The notes beneath the pieces were generated by a model. That model was not told the DNA's origin. It ran no database searches and saw nothing but the letters and a program-made list of their open reading frames with translations. The position numbers were made by a program, and so were the translations under genes. DNA of 64,000 bases from Tetramitus jugosus (lineage: Eukaryota; Protista; Heterolobosea). Where the stretch lies: assembly GCA_937625935.1 (NCBI GenBank), contig OW569380.1:124001-188000 (forward strand). The letters are read 5' to 3'. Below are positions 44,543 to 52,637 of the stretch, one piece after another (within the stretch, counting starts at the first letter, position 1; every line of letters begins with the position of its first letter).

Positions 44543-46145
44543 TTTTTGTTTTTTTTAATACAACACGTAGTTGCTCAATTTATTGTGTATCATTCTTTCA
44601 AATAGTTTCTCTTATTCTCACTGTGCCGCTCTTCGAGCGGCACTTATCTTTCCTTTCAGTAACGCTCGGAGAGCGTTACTGCTGTTTGTAGTCTTTTGAT
44701 TGCTGGTAGAGTTTGTGCAAAGTAACGATGCAGCGACTCTTTACCCAACTAACAAAGCTTCGTGCCTTGCGATGTGCTAGTTCTAACTTCATTCCATTCT
44801 TCACCAATGCATCGATAACTTCGTCAAGAGCTTCACTCTCAATGCCCATCATTCCCGAGAGGTACTCCCGACTGGTCTTCCGGGATCTCGGGAAAAGTAC
44901 CCCGTTTCTGAACACCACCTTGTCAAACCAAAGATTCACAGTCGACCCTCGATGCAATGGGAGTCTGAGCAGTTTGTTATAAACTTCCAACACAAGTTTT
45001 CGACGAGCATCGATTGCACACTTGCACCTGATCAGACAGTGAATGATGGTTTCAGACTCAGTGCCGCACCTTGGACACTGATCCGGTTTGTCATCATCAT
45101 ACAAATCATTACACACTGATCTAGTGTGTAATGTGCCGCTTCTGATCTGTGCATGGAACCATTCCAATTGACGATCTATCACAAAGGGGTTCTTGAGAAA
45201 CTCGAATTGGTTCTTGTGCTCCATTGCGGCAGTTTGCAACCACCACTCTGGATATTGATCAATTGTGGCCTTTCGTTCCCTGAAGAGCATTTCTTTAAGG
45301 TCATCTCGGCCTCTGGCGTATTGTCCATTACATCGGATTATTTGCATAAACCCCTTTGAGGGATGTAAATCCTTACTCATACATTTTGGCATTTCCTTGA
45401 CAGTGAGTATCAACTCCTGATAAGTCTTTAGGCCGAATCCTCTTCCAATCTCAGTTTTTAGTGCCTCGAAACTTCTAACTTCGCCATCTTGCAGCAGTTG
45501 TTGCTTCTGATAGAGTCCCGCTCTGCTCAGTAACCTCAATTGTCTTGTTGTTAGGTAATTTGACAAATTACACCCCTCGCAACGACTATGAGAGTCGTCA
45601 GTGATGATAATTCCCTTCTTGTGCAATCTAACAGCACACCATTTCATAAAGGAGTGTTTGACGCAGTTGATTCTGTGGTCCGATTGGAAGACGTTCTCCA
45701 ATTGGAATGTGTATTGTTGCTTGATATACTCAAGTGAGTCGTACCACAGAATCCTAGCATCCTCATCTCTCTTCCCTCTCATCATAGCCTTCACAAACAA
45801 TGCAGTGCGAATCGTCACTGCTTCAGAGAAGTTCTCAAGACCGATAGAACCCCATTCTGGGCCTACATAGAGTAACTCACTGGGGTATCGCTTCATTGCG
45901 ACTGATTCGTGCTTCACAAGTCTCTTTCCTATGCTCGAAACCTCATCAAGTTGTTTCTTAGTCCACTTGGTGAACTCACATGCATATAGGAAGATGGGTT
46001 GGATGCACACATTTACGATGCGTGCGACTTGTCTCGCACCCAGGTTCATGATTTTGAGTCGCTCAATGACTCTCTGACAGTCTCACGTAAAGTTCCAGTT
46101 TCTTGGGTGCATCTGCATCTTCAAACTAGACAGTAAACTGTTCAT
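44543..46145 (-). mobile_element. Stack element C: 5'-truncated ORF2 (RT end plus CCHC zinc knuckle), TSD gcttgggtgaagttaga
   Basis: ORF 44676-46049 with WFHAQIRSGTLHT and CPRC...HCLIRC. TSD at 44526-44542 matches 48744-48760. Confidence 0.92.
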
Positions 46146-46152
46146 GCTTGGG

Positions 46153-47328
46153 TTTTTTTTTTTTTAATACAACCAACTGGTTGCTCTGTTTTATTATCTG
46201 AATATTTACAATGGATAACGCTCAAAGAGCGTTATCTCCTCCATTACTTCTTAATTCTAACAATGGTGCCCGTAGGGCATCATTGTTTTGTTCCTTCCTT
46301 ATAGGAGGTGTACAATTGGTGAATGGTTTCGACGCACCTCCTTTTCACTTTGTTCACAAATGTTCTGGCTCTCTTTTCCGCAATATCTTTCTTGATTCCG
46401 TTCTTCCTCATCCCTCTCATAATTTGATCCACTGCTTCCTTCTCTACACCCATCATACCTAGGAGGAACTCTTTGCTCGATTTTCGGTTTGGTTGCACAC
46501 TCATCTTACCTCCTTTCCAACACACCGAGTCGAACCATAGGTCTATCTTGTGTTTTGGATGGACTCCCAGACCACTCAGTTCATCACCGACCGACATAGC
46601 CAGTCTTCTTCTAATCAATATGGCTCGTGGACAGCGATGAGACAATGTAGAATAGTCTCTGACTCCTTGTTACATCTTTCACACACGGTTGGAGCTTCAT
46701 TTTTTCCATACAATACCCTCATGACTTCTCGAGTGTGCAAAGTACCACTGCGCACTTGTGCATAGAACCATGCCAGCTTTCTGTCAATCTTGTGGGGGTA
46801 CTTTAGAAAACTAAAGTCTACCCCACCATCCATTGCTTCAACTTGTAACCACCACAGACCACCAATCTCTCTAATCCTGCAGACTCTCATGCTCCATTCG
46901 CAACTGTATTTGCTCTCTGCTCTCGACGGGATATTGTCCTATCATCAAAGTTTGCTCTACAGAGACTCTGGCGTTAGTTTCTAACGTCGAAGTGCACTCA
47001 CATTCATTCATTTGTGACACCATTATTGTCAACAACTCATGAGACCTTGGTCCAATCTTGCATCCTGGGAACTTGTTTTTGATTTCCTTTAAACTCATGA
47101 CTCTCACACCAACCATCAGTTGATTTCTGTTAGTGATTCCACCCTTGAACAGCTTCTTGAGAATAGTTGTTGGAACATACCGGGCAATGTTGTGGTGGGT
47201 GCTCCCATTGTTAAGTGTAATGCCTTGGGTGTGCATCCTTTGCGCACACCACTTAAGGTAAGTGTTCTTGACGTACTCGAGGCGGTTGCTTGACTGGAAG
47301 ACATTCTCATGTTGGAATGTTTGTGTGT
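46153..47328 (-). mobile_element. Stack element B: 5'-truncated ORF2 C-terminus, TSD tgttcatgcttggg
   Basis: T13 at 46153-46165. Frameshifted ORFs with QVRSGTLHT and CERC...HCL. TSD at 46139-46152 matches 48737-48750. Confidence 0.92.
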
Positions 47329-47337
47329 TGTTCATGC

Positions 47338-48731
47338 TTTTTTTTTTTTTTTTTAATACAACAAATGGTGCTGACGCACCACGTTGCGGAACTTTTATTT
47401 TTCTTTTGTGTGAGAGCAGGCTTGCCTGCTCTCAATTGCCTAACATGATTTGGTGCTTGCCCAGTGGAGTGGCAGGCCTACGCAACAGGATTCATTCTCT
47501 TCTTGGAATGTTGTTTTGATCCCTTCTTCAGGGATTCGTTGCGAGGGCCTCCACTACCATCTGGAGCCCCACTGGTGAGGTCAGATGGCTCCGTAGTCCT
47601 AGCCAGTTGGTAGGACCTCCGGAGAGCACCTGACTTGATGCTGGCCAACCTGGCCGGGATCTTGTTGGCAGCAGTGTCACCAACGGTGACACGTGCTGAT
47701 CGCTTCTTGTGTTCGTTGAGTTGGGGACTCTGTAACTCACAGTCGGGGTTACTGAGATCCAACTCAACTGGATCTTCTTCGGTGGTTGTGCTTCTTGCAC
47801 GGTCCACCATGATTGCTCGGGCAGCAATCTCCTTCTTGACTTTCTTGAACACCTCGGAGGTGTTCAATACTAGCTCGAGGATTGCTCTGTTACGAGCATC
47901 CTCATCAATGGTGTTGTTGGTTGGCTCTTGGGTGACCGTAGTTGGAGTGGCGGGATGGGACTCCGGCATGATCGACTCCCAGTCATCGGTCGTAGACGGA
48001 GTCGAAGGTTCGAATTCGGAGATTCGCTCCGGCGTCCTTGGAGACGGGGATGCGAGGGGAATCCGGTTGACGGAAGCCATATCTTTTAACACACTGACTT
48101 GGTGGCGCAGGTCGTCCACCACAGCCAGTAGCTCTTGGTACATCTTGGTCAGCCTCTTGCTGACAGCCTTGACAGGATCACGTGGGCGTGGAAGGAAGCG
48201 CTTTGCTTCCACCTCCACTGGCATGGATTGAACGTTCCGAAGCAAAGCTTCGGCATACGTTTCGGACTCCATCACAACAAAGGCGGTGTCGTGCTTCTTG
48301 AGCACGTTCTTGACCTTTGTTGTGCCAAGCATGGCCTTGATGTCGTCCTCCGTCTTACCTTTGACACCGTGGAGGACGACCTTCTTGGCACAATCTACGT
48401 TGTGCTTGAGTGCTGCCTTGCAGCCACTCATCTTCTTGTTGCGGTTGAAGGATTCAACAAATGGGTAAATGTTGTCATCAACAACAGTTACCCACGCAAC
48501 AAACCTCTTGGGGCCCTTCTTGATGACTTGGACCCTGGTGAGCAAATCACCAAAATCCAAGCCAATCTTCTTGGCCAAGGCAGCCTTGGGAGAGTCATCA
48601 CACTTTCCAGTGATGATGACCTCCTTGCTGCTTGGCGCAGTTCCTCTTGGCGCTGTGGTCCACACAGCATAGCGTGGATTCTCATACTCACGAACAACAG
48701 GGGTGTGTGTTCGTTTTTTCATCGGCGTTTT
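47338..48731 (-). mobile_element. Stack element A (youngest): ORF1-only non-autonomous retrotransposon, TSD tgtgttgttcatgc
   Basis: T17 at 47338-47354. TSD at 47324-47337 matches 48732-48745. A single intact ORF1-type reading frame with no APE or RT. Confidence 0.92.
47478..48722 (-). CDS. Subfamily-2 ORF1 protein (intact)
   Basis: Homologous to 8187-9259 and 726-1730. The track's ATG at 48743 lies inside the TSD, so the element's own ATG is probably 48722 (MKKRTH). Confidence 0.85.
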   Translation of the reverse strand: MKKRTHTPVVREYENPRYAVWTTAPRGTAPSSKEVIITGKCDDSPKAALAKKIGLDFGDLLTRVQVIKKGPKRFVAWVTVVDDNIYPFVESFNRNKKMSGCKAALKHNVDCAKKVVLHGVKGKTEDDIKAMLGTTKVKNVLKKHDTAFVVMESETYAEALLRNVQSMPVEVEAKRFLPRPRDPVKAVSKRLTKMYQELLAVVDDLRHQVSVLKDMASVNRIPLASPSPRTPERISEFEPSTPSTTDDWESIMPESHPATPTTVTQEPTNNTIDEDARNRAILELVLNTSEVFKKVKKEIAARAIMVDRARSTTTEEDPVELDLSNPDCELQSPQLNEHKKRSARVTVGDTAANKIPARLASIKSGALRRSYQLARTTEPSDLTSGAPDGSGGPRNESLKKGSKQHSKKRMNPVA

Positions 48732-48786
48732 TGTGTTGTTCATGCTTGGGTGAAGTTAGAATGTGTCGATCTAAATTAAATATACC

Positions 48787-48859
48787 GCCGAAATAGCTCA
48801 GTTGGGAGAGCGTGAGACTGAAGATCTTAAGGTCGCGTGTTCGATCCACGCTTTCGGCA
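48787..48859 (+). tRNA. tRNA-Phe(GAA)
   Basis: GCCGAAA TA GCTC AGTTGGGA GAGC G TGAGA CTGAAGA TCTTA AGGTC GCGTG TTCGATC CACGC TTTCGGC A. Confidence 0.96.
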
Positions 48860-48895
48860 CACTTTTACGAACAAAAACGGAACAGACATGCATAA

Positions 48896-49957
48896 ATGGG
48901 GAAAGGTTTGTGTGGGTCGAAGAAGACGTTCTTATTCACCACGTACTGTGTTGCAGTAGTACATCACATCTACGATCGATTTGAAAAGAGATTCGATTAC
49001 AAGGATTTTCAACTATTCCAACACGAAACAGGACTTGCCATCAAGAATAAGGAGTTGTACGATCAACTTTTACAAAACTCTGCTGACCAAATGAAACAGC
49101 TCGGAATCAATCAAGAACCACCCTCCTTTACTCATGTAGAGAGTTTGCTGAGACGACGCCAAGACAAGTCTAGAAGCAACACTGCGACAAGCCAGGAGAA
49201 GCCACAAGCAGGGCCCAATGATGAAAGTACTGTGGAATCCTTTTGGCAGCCCACTCAGTCAAACAAGTATATAGATGAAGATACGTTCGCCTATTTGGCT
49301 TCTTTTATTGCTATTCTTGTCTTGACACCAGTGGCGGTCCTGTGGGCAAGACAAACTATCGTGTATGGCCCTCCGATCTTGTATGAATACTTGCACTACA
49401 TAGAGAAGAAACAACTGGAAGAAGTGAAACAAACAGGAAAATACTCAGAAGAAAGAAGTACAACTGACTTTGCAGTCCTTGCTGCGTTGTTGCCTGCATA
49501 TCTACCACTCTGCACTTTGTACTTTCTATCAGAGACACCGCTTGCTTATTCTCTCTTGGGCACCCGAGAGCAGAAGAAACTGGACGATATCTTTTGTGAC
49601 AAGACGACTTATGACCCCAATGTTACCAATTTACAGATTGTCGATCTGAGATTATCGCACGGATCCGTCTTCGATCCAATTGATATTACTAAGCGTGTAC
49701 AACAAGCATCCACCCGTCCATCCAGCCATCAACCCTACACTGATCAGGTCGAGGCATTAGCTCACTATCAAGCAGCTTTGTTTCTCTCCTACTATATGTT
49801 TAAAGCTCAACAGCAGAAGCAAACCATGAGTCCACTACTGAGCTCCACCATCACGCATCACTTTAATGCGGCAATCTCACGTGAAACGAACCTAAAGGAA
49901 GAAATGATTCAGAACAAAAACAGATTTTATGAGTTAAGTTCGAGTCAAATGAAATGA
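48896..49957 (+). CDS. Hypothetical membrane protein
   Basis: 353-aa ORF with two hydrophobic helices. Confidence 0.6.
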   Translation: MGKGLCGSKKTFLFTTYCVAVVHHIYDRFEKRFDYKDFQLFQHETGLAIKNKELYDQLLQNSADQMKQLGINQEPPSFTHVESLLRRRQDKSRSNTATSQEKPQAGPNDESTVESFWQPTQSNKYIDEDTFAYLASFIAILVLTPVAVLWARQTIVYGPPILYEYLHYIEKKQLEEVKQTGKYSEERSTTDFAVLAALLPAYLPLCTLYFLSETPLAYSLLGTREQKKLDDIFCDKTTYDPNVTNLQIVDLRLSHGSVFDPIDITKRVQQASTRPSSHQPYTDQVEALAHYQAALFLSYYMFKAQQQKQTMSPLLSSTITHHFNAAISRETNLKEEMIQNKNRFYELSSSQMK

Positions 49958-50125
49958 CAATGCTTGATAATCTAAGGAGATGACACCAGTGATGATTTTG
50001 GTGCATCTAGTGAGTATGATTCCTCGCGGCCTTGTTTTATTGCTTCACCGTAGGCTACCCATATCGGCAGATATCGGAGTGTATGGTTTATAAAACTCTG
50101 AAAGATCTTCATTTCAAATTTTCTC

Positions 50126-51319
50126 TCATATACCTTTGATCAAAGATTGCGCCTTCTCAAAATCCTTCAATGCTTTGTCTCTGTCATTCAACTCACTGAC
50201 GTATAATGTGCCTCTCATTTGATACAGGAGAGGATTGTTTGGATCGAGTTGAATAGCTCTATTGTAGTCAGCAAGTGCCTTGTGGGCATCCCTTGCTGAA
50301 TACTCTTCCAACAAGTGAATAGAAGCCCGGTGATAATATGCTGCAGCCTCCAGCTTTGCAAATCGTGTGTCATTGGAGGCAATCTGCTTGCTCAAAAGAT
50401 CAATACACTTGCTAAAAGAATCAATAGCCTTCTCGTACATGTCAGTAAAATTAGAATAGTAGAGACCCTGGGACAAGTATCCTGGAGGATAGGCCGAATT
50501 GATTGACAAACACTCTTGAATGTCAGCCTCAATGCCTCGTCGACGTCGCTCATAGTCACTCTTGTCATCAGTCTTTGTCTTGTCATCTGAAGAGAAATTG
50601 ACATCATTCATTCGACCGCTAATAGCAATCATTGCTCTATCATTGTACGCCTGATACATGGATGGTCTTTTGTGAATGGCCCAGTCAATGTACACCAAGC
50701 ACTGAGACATTTCTTCGTCTGTCAGTTGATCCCCTCTCTGCATCCTCTGAATGTACTGCCGCGCAATAAAGTAATCAATTTCACCTGATAGCAATCGATC
50801 GTCGCGTGACACTGATTCACCCTTGGTGACCGAATAGTCACTCTCCAACAAGCTCTTCATCAGCTCTATTACTTGATCCGTGCTCATATTCTGCCTGTTT
50901 ACATAGTATTCAATGAGAAGGCGAATCGTGGTGCGATACTGGATCGATTCACTCACTTGAGACAACCAAACATCCACTTGTTCAACAGTCAACTCAGCAA
51001 ATCGGATCAAGTGAGCGAGTAACTCTACGACTCCAACATGATCCTCATTATGTACCAATTGTTTCAACAGATTGTACTGTTGGTTATTGTTCAGGTTTTG
51101 GTCCTTTGTTCTTGATGGCGCAAAATGAATTGCATTTGACTTGAAGGGCTTGAGATGCACGTGGCACATGCAATGAAAGGACCTTTGCTTTGAAATGGTA
51201 ACAGGCATGAACAGGGATTGAGTTGCAGATTTGACTGGAACAAGTGCAGATCTGTTGCTTTGATGAGCCAATCTGGGTGATAACAACAAGGATTGACGAC
51301 GTGCTGGAAGGAGGATCAT
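50126..51319 (-). CDS. TPR-repeat protein with a mitochondrial-presequence-like N-terminus
   Basis: AYNDRA, AIDSFSKCI, AYYHRA...ALADYNRAIQLDPNN..Y..RG motifs. Confidence 0.85.
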   Translation of the reverse strand: MILLPARRQSLLLSPRLAHQSNRSALVPVKSATQSLFMPVTISKQRSFHCMCHVHLKPFKSNAIHFAPSRTKDQNLNNNQQYNLLKQLVHNEDHVGVVELLAHLIRFAELTVEQVDVWLSQVSESIQYRTTIRLLIEYYVNRQNMSTDQVIELMKSLLESDYSVTKGESVSRDDRLLSGEIDYFIARQYIQRMQRGDQLTDEEMSQCLVYIDWAIHKRPSMYQAYNDRAMIAISGRMNDVNFSSDDKTKTDDKSDYERRRRGIEADIQECLSINSAYPPGYLSQGLYYSNFTDMYEKAIDSFSKCIDLLSKQIASNDTRFAKLEAAAYYHRASIHLLEEYSARDAHKALADYNRAIQLDPNNPLLYQMRGTLYVSELNDRDKALKDFEKAQSLIKGI

Positions 51320-51381
51320 GGATACGTTCTTTTTTTTGCTTTTGAAAATAAGTGAAACAAGGTAAAAATAAATAGGGGTTT

Positions 51382-52464
51382 TTAGTAAGCTTTTTGAGAC
51401 TTCGAATGCTTGGCCTTCTTTGCATTGCGATTGGTCTTGTCTCTATCTCTCTTCGTCGACGATGAAGAACTTGCACTCTTGTCTCCTCTGTCAGAGGATG
51501 AAGATTCCCTTGCTCTGCTCCTGCCACCACTGCTACTACCTCCACCTCTTCTTCTACCACCTCTATGACTGTCACCACCACCATGAGAAATAAATATCGG
51601 TGTCGTCGTTGTAGCTGCAGTAGATGCCTGTGATGTGAAAGCTAAAGCTGAATTTGGTGTAACATGAGTCACACTAATCTCAACTGTTTGCTTATTTGCA
51701 TTTCTTAGCCGAATGCTACGGAATTGATGCACATGCTCAATTCGATCATCCCACATGTGTATCTTGGTTACATGTGGGAAATGTTCTTGAACCAACTGCT
51801 TCAGAGCTTCCATCTTGTAAATCATGGTGCTCGTGCGGCAATCGTTGGGACGAAAAATGGACAATAGAGGCCTCATCTTGTGACTGTTCATGATATTGAA
51901 CACCTTTTTACTGAGGAACTTGGATCGCCCAGTCATCATGATGGTTGCACAGCAATGATCCTTGCTGACAATATCTTGTGCTGTAGCTAATGATGGTTCA
52001 TCATCAACCATAGCTTCCTGATCATCAGCAGAATTTTTCTGCTCTGTTATTTCCACCGTCACCGTAGATGGTGTATTATTTACGCGCGCAAAAGCACTCG
52101 GAATATTAAAATTTGCAATGGAATGGTAAAAATCGGAGTAAGCGGGACCAGGCGTAATCGTAAACACCTTTGTGTCCAAGCTTTCGTGCGATGTCCACCA
52201 ATATTGAGAAACAGGGAGTTCTCGACCAGTAACGCGCTGATAGTGAAGGTTGGCGTGTGGACCTGGTTCAGGCGTATTGAACAATGTGCCATCAAAATCA
52301 AAAATGTGAAGTGCAGTGTAATGAGTAAATGGTAAATCTGGGTGATCGTGTTGTTGTTGTTTTTGATGAGAGGGATGAATGGCTCTGCGAGTGGGAGTCA
52401 ATTGAGTTACAAAGTGACTGGGAAGATTAGGTTGAGACAGTATTTTTGTTGTTGTCTTCATCAT
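51382..52464 (-). CDS. HAD-superfamily phosphatase (Swiss-Army-knife RNA-repair-like HAD) with RG/S-rich tail
   Basis: LHIFDFDGTLFNTP, MMTGR, YKM and MWDDRIEH motifs. Confidence 0.8.
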   Translation of the reverse strand: MMKTTTKILSQPNLPSHFVTQLTPTRRAIHPSHQKQQQHDHPDLPFTHYTALHIFDFDGTLFNTPEPGPHANLHYQRVTGRELPVSQYWWTSHESLDTKVFTITPGPAYSDFYHSIANFNIPSAFARVNNTPSTVTVEITEQKNSADDQEAMVDDEPSLATAQDIVSKDHCCATIMMTGRSKFLSKKVFNIMNSHKMRPLLSIFRPNDCRTSTMIYKMEALKQLVQEHFPHVTKIHMWDDRIEHVHQFRSIRLRNANKQTVEISVTHVTPNSALAFTSQASTAATTTTPIFISHGGGDSHRGGRRRGGGSSSGGRSRARESSSSDRGDKSASSSSSTKRDRDKTNRNAKKAKHSKSQKAY

Positions 52465-52637
52465 TACTTTTTTGTTGTTGTTCGTTGGTTTGCTTGTTCG
52501 TTTTGATGAGAAGCTGTTGCTGGTTTTATTGAAGCTTGGAGGTTGTCTTGGATTTTGATGCGAAAAAAATTCAAGCTCGAGCTTGAAGAAGAATTTATGG
52601 GAAATAGGAGAAAAATTGTTGTTGTTTTGGTTGGCAT

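Noticed and set aside
44623-46236. Hairpins near T-runs as bacterial intrinsic terminators
   Set aside because: Eukaryotic context. The T-runs are the antisense of retrotransposon poly(A) tails.
46871-48743. Two proteins sharing an N-terminal MNNT motif
   Set aside because: Both ATGs lie within the duplicated target site. The same artefact explains LPQQKV in ORFs 15743 and 17455.
43899-48763. Recurring short sequence (catgcttgggtgaagttagaatg pieces) as a CRISPR-like or satellite repeat
   Set aside because: Copies are staggered, 0.3-1.6 kb apart, and each abuts a poly(T) tail. They are target-site duplications.
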